This document shows, piece by piece, positions 36,166 through 48,240 of a DNA stretch of 64,000 nt. The notes beneath the pieces are model-generated. The model was not told the origin of the DNA. It did no database searches and saw only the letters and a program-made list of their open reading frames with translations. This DNA comes from Planctomycetota bacterium. GTDB taxonomy: Bacteria > Planctomycetota > B15-G4. The DNA is taken from positions 15,799 through 79,798 of the forward strand of contig JAJDER010000045.1 of NCBI GenBank assembly GCA_029259725.1. Reading direction: 5' to 3'. The position numbers were made by a program, and so were the translations under genes. Each line of letters begins with the position of its first letter. The stretch's first letter is position 1.

Positions 36166-37026
36166 ATGACCACGACGCGTCGCATCGCGGTCACGAACCA
36201 GAAGGGCGGCGTCGGCAAGACCACGACGGCCGTCAACCTCGGCGCGGGCCTTGCTCGGCTCGGCAGGCGCGTCCTGATCTGCGACCTGGACCCGCAGTGC
36301 AACCTGACGGTCCACGTCGACAAGGATCCCAGCGGGGACGCGCCCGGGGTCTACGAGTTGCTCCACGGCAAGGCGTCCCTGGCCGACATCGCCCAGCCCA
36401 CCGGTGTCGAGGGACTGGAGGTCGCGCAGGCCTCGGTCGACCTCGCGGGCGTGGAACTGGAGCTGGCCGGCGAGGTCGGGCGCGAGGTCATCCTGCGGCA
36501 CGCCTTCGAGCGCGACGAACGCGAGCGCGGTCACGTCTGGGACTTCGTCCTGATCGACTGCCCGCCGAGCCTCGGCTTGCTGGCCCTCAACGCGCTGGTG
36601 GCCTGTGACGAGGTGTTCGTGCCGATCCAGGCCGAGTTCTTCGCGCTCCAGGGACTCGGCAAGCTCGCGGGCGTCGTCGACCTCGTCCAGGGGCGACTCA
36701 ATCCCGCGCTCCGGATCACCGGGATGGTGAGCTGCCGCCACGATCCGAGCACGAATCTGGGCCGCCAGGTCATGGCCGACATCCGGGACCACTTCGGCGA
36801 CGTCGTGCACCAGACGGTCATCCGGCGCAACGTGAAGCTGGCCGAGGCGCCCAGCTACGGCAAGACCATCTTCGAGTACGACGCCGAGTCCCGAGGGGCC
36901 GAGGACTATCTGGCGCTTGCGCGGGAGCTGCTGGGTGAGAACACTGGCACGCCGGCCGTCGATGCCGACTCCGGATCGTCGCCCGCGTCGCCGTCGGCAG
37001 AGGCCGCCAGCGAGTCGGCGGCCTGA
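36166..37026 (+). CDS. parA: ParA/MinD-family P-loop ATPase (orphan ParA-like).
   Basis: A deviant Walker A reads VTNQKGGVGKTTTAVNLG. Other motifs are LICDLDPQ and VLIDCPPSLG. It has an Ala/Ser-rich C-terminal extension of about 40 aa. No parB is present in the window. Confidence 0.85.
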   Translation: MTTTRRIAVTNQKGGVGKTTTAVNLGAGLARLGRRVLICDLDPQCNLTVHVDKDPSGDAPGVYELLHGKASLADIAQPTGVEGLEVAQASVDLAGVELELAGEVGREVILRHAFERDERERGHVWDFVLIDCPPSLGLLALNALVACDEVFVPIQAEFFALQGLGKLAGVVDLVQGRLNPALRITGMVSCRHDPSTNLGRQVMADIRDHFGDVVHQTVIRRNVKLAEAPSYGKTIFEYDAESRGAEDYLALARELLGENTGTPAVDADSGSSPASPSAEAASESAA

Positions 37027-37094
37027 TGACGACGGCCTGAAGTCCCGATCGCGCGTCGCCGCGGTCGGCGGATGCCCGCTGACGAGATCGCCCG

Positions 37095-38150
37095 ATGCTG
37101 ACTTCGCTCGCTGACCGCCTCATGGCCGGTCGGGACGACCCACTGACCCTGGTCCTGCGGCTCTTGCTGCTGCCGTTGACGCTGACCTACCTGGTCGTGA
37201 TCACGACCAGGAACGCGTTGTACGACGGCGGACTGCTCAAGCCGAAGCGGGTCGGCGTGCCCGTCGTGTCCATCGGCAACGTGACGGTGGGAGGCACCGG
37301 CAAGACTCCGCTGGTCGTCCACCTCGCCAATGCGGCCCACGCCGCCGGCCGCAAGGTGGCCGTGGTCAGCACGGGCTACGGCGCCAAGGCCGGCGACGGT
37401 CGATCGGACGAGGCCGGACTGCTCGCGGCCCGCTGCCCGGGCGTGGATGTCATCGTCGCGCCGGACAAGCTCCCCGGCGCTCGCGAGGCCGCGGCGCGGG
37501 GCGCCGACCTGATCCTGCTGGACGACGCACTCCAGACGCGCCACCTGCATCGCGACCTGGAGATCGTGGTCGTGGACGCGCGCGCGCCGCTGGGCAACGG
37601 TTGGGTGCTTCCCGCCGGAAGCCTGCGCGAGCCGGCCTCGGGCATCGGCCGTGCGGACGTGCTGGTCCTGACGCACCATGAACGGCTGGCCGACGAGTCC
37701 TTGATCGAAGTCGAGAACCGGCTGCGCGCGTACAACCGCACGGCGACCCTCGTCTACGCCAGCCACCGCGCGCGCGGCGTGCGCCCGGTCACGGGCGGCC
37801 CCGAGGTCGACCCCGCGACCCTGGCCGGGCAGGAGCTGTTCCTGTTCGCAGGGATCGCCTCGACCGAGGGCTTCATCGACACCATCGAGGGCCTGGGCGC
37901 CGAGGTCACCGGCTGCCTCGCGTTCCCCGACCACCATGGGTTCGTGCCCGCGGACATGGCCGCGGTACGCGCCTATGCCCGGACCGCACGCCTCGTCTGC
38001 ACCGAGAAGGACGCCGCCAAGGTGGCCGCCATGCCCGGCAACGACGATGTGGTCTGCCTGACGATCGACCTCGAGCTGGACGGCGAACTGCCGGCGCTGC
38101 CGACGGCGGTGGTTGCCGAACCGACCGACGAGCCGGCCGGTCACCACTAG
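37095..38150 (+). CDS. lpxK: Tetraacyldisaccharide 4'-kinase (lipid A biosynthesis).
   Basis: A P-loop reads VVSIGNVTVGGTGKTP. It has an N-terminal membrane helix and LpxK-family organisation. Confidence 0.85.
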   Translation: MLTSLADRLMAGRDDPLTLVLRLLLLPLTLTYLVVITTRNALYDGGLLKPKRVGVPVVSIGNVTVGGTGKTPLVVHLANAAHAAGRKVAVVSTGYGAKAGDGRSDEAGLLAARCPGVDVIVAPDKLPGAREAAARGADLILLDDALQTRHLHRDLEIVVVDARAPLGNGWVLPAGSLREPASGIGRADVLVLTHHERLADESLIEVENRLRAYNRTATLVYASHRARGVRPVTGGPEVDPATLAGQELFLFAGIASTEGFIDTIEGLGAEVTGCLAFPDHHGFVPADMAAVRAYARTARLVCTEKDAAKVAAMPGNDDVVCLTIDLELDGELPALPTAVVAEPTDEPAGHH

Positions 38151-38203
38151 CTGCTCGCTGCGGACGGTGCCCTCGGGGACCTGCCGGTTCCGGCGCGGAG
38201 CGT

Positions 38204-39682
38204 TCAGCGGAAACGACGCGCCAGCGCCGAGGCCAGGCTGGTCGCGGAGCCCGGATCGGCCAGGGCATCCAGCGCCTTCTTGAGCGCCTTGCTGGCCGCG
38301 GAACCCGTGTCGAGCCCGGCGTCCTTGGCGTCCTGCGTCACGCTGAGCATCTCGCCGCTGGCCAGGTCCACGAGCTCGGCCGTGACCTCGACCCGCGACC
38401 AGTGCAGCGTGCGGCCGCCGCCGGTGGGGTTGTTGCTCGAGGCCGCGCCGGTGGAGCGCACGCGCAGCTCGTAGACCGGTGCCTCCCGCGAGATCGACCC
38501 GATCACCGGGAAGCCGAGGCGCACGAGCATCTCGCTCATCGCCGCGGCACTCGGCGCGGGGCGCAACGGGAGCGTGCGGCCGTCGATGGTCTGGTAGTCC
38601 TCGGCCACGACGCGCACGCGAGCCGTGCCGCGCTCGGGGAAGGGGAGGTCGACCGCGGTGGCCAGGGCCGTCGCCACGCTGGAGGCCGGGCCCACGGTGA
38701 CGGTGGGATCCTCGGGATCGAGCGGCGGCATCGACACCAGGGCCACGCCATGCTCGTCGGTGTAGGCGACCGGGCCCTGGGCTGCACCCGAGCGGGCGGC
38801 GAGCGACAGCCGCGGAATCGGCTGGTCGTCCCAGAGCGCGGTCACCTTCAGGGGCGTGGCCTGGGATCCGAGCGAGAGGGTCACGCCGCGGGTGTCGGTC
38901 AGCAGTTGCAAGCGCGCGGCGGCGTCGGCCGTGCGGCTGGCGATCTGCGCGCGAAGTGTCGGGTAGCGGGCGGCGAGCATGCCCGCGTCGGACCCGGCGG
39001 GGGGGCGGATCGCGGCGACCACCGGGAGGATCTCGCCCGGCTCGCGAAGGGCCGCACCGGCTCGCGCCAGGGCTTCCAGTCCCTGGGCCGTGCCCTCGTC
39101 GGTTGGCCGGCCCAGTGCCAGCCGGGAGATGGCCGTCTCCATGTCCGCCTGCGCCGAGGTGATCCCCTCCCGGGCGGCTTCGGCGAAGTGGGACGCGAGC
39201 GCCCGGCGATCGATCAGGGCGCGCGCGTAGGTGAAGGCACCCGCCGAGCCTTCGGTGGTGGCCAGCTCGTAGTCCACGCCGACGACATCCAGCTCGGTGC
39301 GGATGTTCACCTCGCGGTCCTTGCGATCGTCGTTCTCGATGGACTCGGAGTAGCTGCCGTCGTCCAGGGTGCGGTTGATGGTCTCGAGCTGCCGCGTGGT
39401 GGTGTCCGCGCGCACCGAGGCCACGATCTGCTCGACGAGGGTCGAGAGCGCCTGGTGTCGGGCGATGGTCGCGGCCTGGGGGCCCGACCCGGGAGCCTCG
39501 CCCACACCGACGAGCGTGCGGGTCTCGTCGAGCCCGTGGCCGGGGTCCAGCATCCAGGCCGGCGCGCTCCCGCGGCCCGATCCGGTCGAGGCGCACGCCG
39601 CCAGCAGGCACGCGACCAGGGTCAGTGTCGGGGCGCACCACCGGCGCGAGGCGTGCGGCGGTGGGTGGGGAGTGGCAACCAT
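38204..39682 (-). CDS. Lipoprotein of unknown function (492 aa).
   Basis: The N-terminus is MVATPHPPPHASRRWCAPTLTLVACLLAACAS, with lipobox LAAC. Confidence 0.5.
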   Translation of the reverse strand: MVATPHPPPHASRRWCAPTLTLVACLLAACASTGSGRGSAPAWMLDPGHGLDETRTLVGVGEAPGSGPQAATIARHQALSTLVEQIVASVRADTTTRQLETINRTLDDGSYSESIENDDRKDREVNIRTELDVVGVDYELATTEGSAGAFTYARALIDRRALASHFAEAAREGITSAQADMETAISRLALGRPTDEGTAQGLEALARAGAALREPGEILPVVAAIRPPAGSDAGMLAARYPTLRAQIASRTADAAARLQLLTDTRGVTLSLGSQATPLKVTALWDDQPIPRLSLAARSGAAQGPVAYTDEHGVALVSMPPLDPEDPTVTVGPASSVATALATAVDLPFPERGTARVRVVAEDYQTIDGRTLPLRPAPSAAAMSEMLVRLGFPVIGSISREAPVYELRVRSTGAASSNNPTGGGRTLHWSRVEVTAELVDLASGEMLSVTQDAKDAGLDTGSAASKALKKALDALADPGSATSLASALARRFR

Positions 39683-39744
39683 GATCGTCCTCCCAGGCTC
39701 GAGGCTTTCGTATCCTAACCGTCGCGCACGGAGGAACCCTCGTC

Positions 39745-41361
39745 ATGCCGGCCTCGTCGGCTCCCGCCGCCTCGATTCCGGGTGTCCTCCGCGGGCTCGT
39801 CCTGCCGGTGCTGGCCGTCCTCCTGACAGCGCTGGGCATGACGAGGGTCTTCGGGGATCCCTTCCAACACGAGTGGTTGGGACACAATGGCGCCCGATAT
39901 GCCCACATCGCCCGCAACTACGAGCGCTTCGGGCTGACCCACCTCGGTGGTGCCCCGCTGCTCGACGTCGCGCAAGCGCCGGGCGGCGAGGGCTCGGCGA
40001 GCGCTCCGGACATCTACGCGCACCACCCGCCGGGGCTGTCCATGACGATCGCGGTCGTCGATCGGCTCCTCGGCGTGGAGGGTGAGGCGTTCGCGCGAGA
40101 GGACCACGCGCGGTTGGTGCCGGCCGTGGCGACGCTGGTGTCGATCGTGGTGTTGGCGTGGCTGGTCGCCGCGGCTCTCGGCGTGGATGCCGCACGCGGT
40201 GACGCGCAGGCCCTCTCCCCGGCCTGGGCCGGCGGGCTGGCGGCCGTGGCCCTGGCCGTGATGCCGATGGTCAACCTGTACGGAGCTCATCCGGATCCAC
40301 AGGGAGCCCCGGTGTTGCTCGGCAGCCTCGCCACGGTGCTCGCCTATCACCGGTGGCTGCGCGGACACGGCCTGCTGCCCTGGCTGGTGGCCTCCGCGCT
40401 GGCCGTGTTCTTCGACTGGTACGGGCTGTATGCGCCGACGCTGTGTGCCGTGCACCTGTTCCTGACGCAGCCGACCCGTCGCCTGGCGGCCCTCGGGCTC
40501 GGCGGTTGGACGCTGCTGCTGTTCAGCGTGGGACTGTGGTGGCTCACGAGCCTGCCGGGCATGTCGCTCGACCGACTGGCGGGCGCGGCCGGCTTGCGGG
40601 GGCCTGCCGGGTTGGGCGGTGACATCGAGGGGCTCGGCCGACACCTCGGTGCATGGTGGTCGGATACGTTGCGACTGATGCCCGCCTGGCCGGTCCTGAC
40701 GCTGGTGCTTGCCTGGGAGGGTTGGCGTGGGCTGCGCATGGCGCGGTCTCCCGGCCGTGGGCAGGCGACGGGGCTCGGAAGCGGCTCGCTCCTGTTCCTG
40801 CTCGCGGCGCCGCCGCTGCTGCACGCGATTCTGTTCCCGGCGGGCCTGCTGGTCCACTCGTACTGGCTGTTCGGGCTGCCGCCCGCCCTGGCCGCCGCCG
40901 TGGCCCTGGCCTGCCAGCGCTGGCGCGCTCCCGTCGGTGTGCTGCTGGTCGGCCTGTTGGCCGTCGCCGGATGGTCCGCGGCGGATGAACTCCTGGCCCG
41001 GGAGGATCCGGTGCCGGCCCTGGTGGGCGACCTGCTGGCCCGGCACACGGCGCCCGGGGAGGCGGTCCTCACCAACTTCGACACCAACCCGTTCGCCGAC
41101 AACGCGGCCGGTTACGTGATGAAGCTTCCTGAGGTGACGTTTGCCTCGGATCGGCAGGTGCGGGGCCGGGTAGGCCGGTCGGGAGAGCCGAGTCTGGCCG
41201 AGGCCCGGACGCGGCTCCCGGCGGCCCGGTGGTTCCTGCTGGTCGGTTGGCCGGAGTCAGCGGACCCGGCCCTCGTCGCCGAGGTCTCCGCCGCGACCCT
41301 CGGCGAGCCCCTGCAGGTCATGCCGGGAGTCGCTGTGAGTCTGCACCGACTGGCCGAGTAG
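39745..41361 (+). CDS. Polytopic membrane protein, possibly a GT-C family (ArnT/PMT-like) glycosyltransferase.
   Basis: It has about 12 TM helices. An N-terminal loop with DPFQHEWLGHNGARYAHIARNYERFG is reminiscent of the GT39/GT83 first periplasmic loop. This assignment is tentative. A GGAGG Shine-Dalgarno sequence lies upstream of the ATG at 39745. Confidence 0.4.
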   Translation: MPASSAPAASIPGVLRGLVLPVLAVLLTALGMTRVFGDPFQHEWLGHNGARYAHIARNYERFGLTHLGGAPLLDVAQAPGGEGSASAPDIYAHHPPGLSMTIAVVDRLLGVEGEAFAREDHARLVPAVATLVSIVVLAWLVAAALGVDAARGDAQALSPAWAGGLAAVALAVMPMVNLYGAHPDPQGAPVLLGSLATVLAYHRWLRGHGLLPWLVASALAVFFDWYGLYAPTLCAVHLFLTQPTRRLAALGLGGWTLLLFSVGLWWLTSLPGMSLDRLAGAAGLRGPAGLGGDIEGLGRHLGAWWSDTLRLMPAWPVLTLVLAWEGWRGLRMARSPGRGQATGLGSGSLLFLLAAPPLLHAILFPAGLLVHSYWLFGLPPALAAAVALACQRWRAPVGVLLVGLLAVAGWSAADELLAREDPVPALVGDLLARHTAPGEAVLTNFDTNPFADNAAGYVMKLPEVTFASDRQVRGRVGRSGEPSLAEARTRLPAARWFLLVGWPESADPALVAEVSAATLGEPLQVMPGVAVSLHRLAE

Positions 41362-41511
41362 TCTTGGTCGCCGCCCCGCACCCGGGATATCATTCCAGCG
41401 ATGGACGGCGTCGGTGCGGCGGTCGTCTGGATCGGAGGGCGACACGCCGGTCGCCACACTCCTTCCCCCTCTCCCACACCCACTCTCGCACCGTTCGCCG
41501 AGGGCTCCCGG

Positions 41512-42801
<1,290 letters not shown>

Positions 42802-42860
42802 TGACGGACCCCGTCCGTCGCCCGCCACATCGCGGTGCGCCCGAGTCGATCGCCTGATCG

Positions 42861-44759
<1,899 letters not shown>

Positions 44760-44790
44760 AGGCGCCTCGCGGCCCCGCTCGCACGGGCTC

Positions 44791-46710
44791 CTAGGGCGAC
44801 GTGCTGCCGCGGAGGCCCATCGACACACGCAGGGCCGCGATGGCCCCGGCGTCGATGCGCCGCTGGTGGGTGGCGTCGCCGCCGACGAAGAGCACAGGCC
44901 CGGGTCGGAGCTCGAACGGGACCGGAACCGCCTGGCACTCGCGGGTCGGGCCGACGGCCGGGTTCAACACGAGCTGGAGGTGTCCATCGGCTCCCGACCA
45001 ACTCAAGCGCGCATGGTCGAGCGCTCCGGGAGCCGGATCGACGTCGGGGGCGAGCGGGATGGCCAGCGTGACGGCGTCGCCCAGGGAGTCGGTGAGCGTG
45101 GCCCGCAGCTCGCCCTGCTCGAGGTACAGCTCGAGGCCGTCGGACGGCGAGGGTGACGGTCCGTAGGGCATGGTCCCGCCGGAGACGTGGATGCCGATAC
45201 CCTCGCCGGCCGCCTGGCCTCGCGTGCGCCGCGCCGCGAGCACGAAGGCCGGCTGTTGCACGTCGTCCCGCGTGCCGTCTCGGCTCCGACCGTGTTCGTC
45301 CAGCAGGAAGACCGGGACTTCGGGCGTGCTCGACGAGTGGAAGGCGAGGTCGTGCAACCCGTCTCCGTCCATGTCACCGATCGTCAGGCTGACCGCGTCC
45401 TCGACGGCGAAGGTCAGCGTCACGCCGTCGTGGACGTACGGGCCGTCCCCGCTGTCGACCGGGAGGAACGGGCCCAGATGCGCGCGAGACACCGAGGACC
45501 GTTGCCGCCCCGAGCGCCAGTTGGCCACGACCAGGTCCAGGTGCCCGTCGTGGTCCAGATCGCGCTCCGCCGAGACGGTGAACGGCCGCGGCGTCGGCAC
45601 GACGATGTCGGCGTGTCGGGCGAACCCGCCCTGGCCGTCGTTGAAATGGACGGCGAGTTCGTCCTCCAGGGTGCGCGCGAGGACGATGTCGAGCCAGCCG
45701 TCCGCATCGAGGTCGGCCATGGAGAGACCGAGGGCGCGAGCGGAGAGGGGCGAGCCCTCGCCGTCGAAACCTCCCAGGGTGTAGCCGTCGCCGTCGCGCG
45801 CGCCGAGGAGCAACAGGCTGGGAAGCGCATCGAGGCTCGCGTAGGCGACGTCGAGCAGGCCGTCCCGATCGACGTCACCGACGGCCAGGGCCTCGGCCGA
45901 CGAGCCGAAGTCTCCAAACCCGAACGGCGTCGGGGTGAAGCCGCCGCGGCCGTCGCCGGAGAAGCCGACCAGGGGTGGGCTGGCCGGGTAGAACGAGGCC
46001 ACCACGAGGTCCAGCCCGGGTCGATCGTCGAAGTGCAGCAGCGCCAGCCCCTGAGGCTGGTCGACCTCCAGGACGAGGTCGGGAACCTCGCGCCGCTGGC
46101 CGCGGACGAGGGGGCCCCGGAAGACGTGGACTTCGCCGGGGACTTCGGGGGTGGCCGGGTCGGGTAGGGTCGAGGCGGCGTTCATGCTCAGGATCAGGTC
46201 TTGATGGCCGTCCCCGTCGAGGTCGGCCATGGCCAGTCCTCGCGGAACGTCACAGAGCAGCCGGCCCGGCGTGGAGCGGTCGAGGCCGTCGTCACTCCCG
46301 AAGTACACCTTGGACACTGCGCCACCGACCTGGCGCGGGGCGTCGCCCACGAAGAGATCGGTGGTGGCGTCGTCGTCGAGCGACCGGATGGTCGGCAGGC
46401 AGGCCAGCATGTGGCGGCCCGGTCGCGTGGATGGGGCAGGTCGCTCGAACCAGACTTCGATCGTCCCGGCGACGAGGGGCGTGTCGCCGAAGTGGATCAT
46501 CTCGGCTGCCGGAGTACCCAGGGCACCCCGGCCGCTGCGCACGCGCGTCGGCGCTCCCGCGGACCTCAGCGCGAGCGTGATGTCGTCCCAGACGGGCTCC
46601 GGGGCCGCCTCACCGCCGCACGAAGCGCACAGCAGGGCGGCGAGGGCCGGGCCGATGCGCCGCGGGGCGCGCGCGACCGGGGCGCAACGAGAACGCTGGC
46701 GTCGGAGCAT
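44791..46710 (-). CDS. FG-GAP/VCBS-repeat lipoprotein.
   Basis: A lipobox-like signal reads ALAALLCASCGG. Repeated motifs are MADLDGDGHQD, VGDVDRDGLLD, MADLDADGWLD, LDHDGHLDLVVANW and IGDMDGDGLHD. Confidence 0.6.
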   Translation of the reverse strand: MLRRQRSRCAPVARAPRRIGPALAALLCASCGGEAAPEPVWDDITLALRSAGAPTRVRSGRGALGTPAAEMIHFGDTPLVAGTIEVWFERPAPSTRPGRHMLACLPTIRSLDDDATTDLFVGDAPRQVGGAVSKVYFGSDDGLDRSTPGRLLCDVPRGLAMADLDGDGHQDLILSMNAASTLPDPATPEVPGEVHVFRGPLVRGQRREVPDLVLEVDQPQGLALLHFDDRPGLDLVVASFYPASPPLVGFSGDGRGGFTPTPFGFGDFGSSAEALAVGDVDRDGLLDVAYASLDALPSLLLLGARDGDGYTLGGFDGEGSPLSARALGLSMADLDADGWLDIVLARTLEDELAVHFNDGQGGFARHADIVVPTPRPFTVSAERDLDHDGHLDLVVANWRSGRQRSSVSRAHLGPFLPVDSGDGPYVHDGVTLTFAVEDAVSLTIGDMDGDGLHDLAFHSSSTPEVPVFLLDEHGRSRDGTRDDVQQPAFVLAARRTRGQAAGEGIGIHVSGGTMPYGPSPSPSDGLELYLEQGELRATLTDSLGDAVTLAIPLAPDVDPAPGALDHARLSWSGADGHLQLVLNPAVGPTRECQAVPVPFELRPGPVLFVGGDATHQRRIDAGAIAALRVSMGLRGSTSP

Positions 46711-46793
46711 CCGACCGAGGATGCCTCGCGCTCGGCCCGTCTGCCAGCCCGACGTCAGCGGGGCCGAGGATCCACCCGATCCCGCGACGCCGG

Positions 46794-48110
46794 CTACTCC
46801 ATGCCGCCGATGTGGCTGCTGCTGCTGACGCCTTCGTTGCGCCAGCGTTCGCGGCGCTCAGCCAGGTCGGGCTCGGTGGCGAGCAGCCGCTTCTCGATCT
46901 TGGCCGGCAACTGGAAGCCACGCTCGTAGAGGACGAAGGGGAGGTGCGGCTTGATGCAGCTGCTGCAGGTCCACTTCTTGTCCATCTCGTCGCGTGGCAC
47001 ACGGAAGTTGCTGATGTTCCGCAGGTAGCGGTAGTCGGCGCCGTTCCAGAAGGCCTCGAAATCGGCGCGGGTCTTGCCGAGGAACTGCGTCGCGCTGCCG
47101 AGATCGTGCGAGGGCTCGGTGGTGCCGTCGCAGCAGGGCAGGATGCCGCCGTCCCAGTTGAAGAAGATGCTGCGGTAGGGCCAGGAGCACGCCTGGACCG
47201 CGGCCTTGGGGCGGTTGGCGTTCTCGGCGATCTTCTCGCCGCGCGCGATGGCCTGGTCGTCCGACGACATCGACACGCCCGGACTGACCTGCACGGCGCC
47301 CTCGCCCGAGTTCGCATCGCTGCGCTCGTCGTCGCGGCGCGGTCGCCACTCGTCCTTGTGCTCGGGCGGGATGTTCGGGTTGATGAAGCGGATCGCGTTG
47401 ACGCCGATCTCCTTGGCCATCTCGCGGGCCTTGGGGATCTCGTGCTGGTTGTGGCTGAAGCGCAGGAACTGCCAGTCCACGAAGGGCAGCTTCTTGCCGT
47501 GCTTCTTCTTGGCGTCGCAGATCGCCTTCATGTTCTCCTGCGTCTTCCAGAAGTCGCCGCCGATGTTGTACTTGTCGTACGTCTCGGGCGAGGCGCCGTG
47601 GCAGCTCACGATGAGATGCTCGAGGCCGGAGAGCACCAGCTTCTCGGCGTTCTCCTTCTTGAAGACGGAGAGGTTGGCGCTGATCGTCACGCCGATGTTC
47701 CTGTCGGCCGCGTACCGGATCATCTCGTAGATGTCGGGGTAGAGGACGGGCTCTCCGGAGCCGTAGAGATTGACGCGCAGGGCTGTCGGCGCGAGGACGT
47801 CGATGATCTGCTTGAAGCGCGGCAGGTCCATCTTGCCGAAGCCGCGACCGTCGTCCTCGATCTTGCTGCGGTCCCGGTCGAGGCAGAACGGGCAACGCTG
47901 GTTGCACACGTTCGTGGACTCGACCTTCAGGATGTAGGGAAAGCCGCCCACCGTGTCCTTGCCGCGGACGCGGGACCACTCCACGCGAGCGATGTTGACC
48001 AGCTTGCGCGGGGTCATGTGCCGCAGCGCCGAGAAGGCGTAGCGGCTCAGGATCTTGACGTTGGTGAGGGTCGGCCCCGTGGTGGCGAGGACGAAGTTGA
48101 AGACACGCAT
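46794..48110 (-). CDS. Radical SAM enzyme with a C-terminal SPASM/twitch-like auxiliary Cys cluster region.
   Basis: The radical SAM motif is CNQRCPFC. The C-terminal Cys-rich region reads CSWPYRSIFFNWDGGILPCCDG and WTCSSCIKPH. The protein is unusually Lys-rich compared with its neighbours. The N-terminal ~60 aa precede the cluster. Confidence 0.8.
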   Translation of the reverse strand: MRVFNFVLATTGPTLTNVKILSRYAFSALRHMTPRKLVNIARVEWSRVRGKDTVGGFPYILKVESTNVCNQRCPFCLDRDRSKIEDDGRGFGKMDLPRFKQIIDVLAPTALRVNLYGSGEPVLYPDIYEMIRYAADRNIGVTISANLSVFKKENAEKLVLSGLEHLIVSCHGASPETYDKYNIGGDFWKTQENMKAICDAKKKHGKKLPFVDWQFLRFSHNQHEIPKAREMAKEIGVNAIRFINPNIPPEHKDEWRPRRDDERSDANSGEGAVQVSPGVSMSSDDQAIARGEKIAENANRPKAAVQACSWPYRSIFFNWDGGILPCCDGTTEPSHDLGSATQFLGKTRADFEAFWNGADYRYLRNISNFRVPRDEMDKKWTCSSCIKPHLPFVLYERGFQLPAKIEKRLLATEPDLAERRERWRNEGVSSSSHIGGME

Positions 48111-48240
48111 GGTGCTGGAACCTTACCGCCGGGGCATAGGTCCGGCAAACGGGCTGGGAGAGGGGCGATGCGCCCGACCCTTGAGCCTAAGGCATGATCG
48201 GCTCGGCAGGCGCTACGGCTCCAGGATTCCCGGTTGGAAG

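Noticed and set aside
42804-42819. A short hairpin (GACGGA-CCCC-GTCCGTC) after gdh, as a possible terminator.
   Set aside because: The stem is only 5-6 bp with no U-tract. That is too weak to call.
46794-48110. The SPASM radical SAM enzyme as the anaerobic sulfatase-maturating enzyme for the sulfatases in this window.
   Set aside because: The CxxxCxxC motif is about 65 residues from the N-terminus, the protein is 438 aa and Lys-rich, and it has a C-terminal tail atypical of anSME. The sulfatase-like protein at 8554-11289 has Thr, not Cys/Ser, at the modified position. The assignment cannot be supported without an HMM check.
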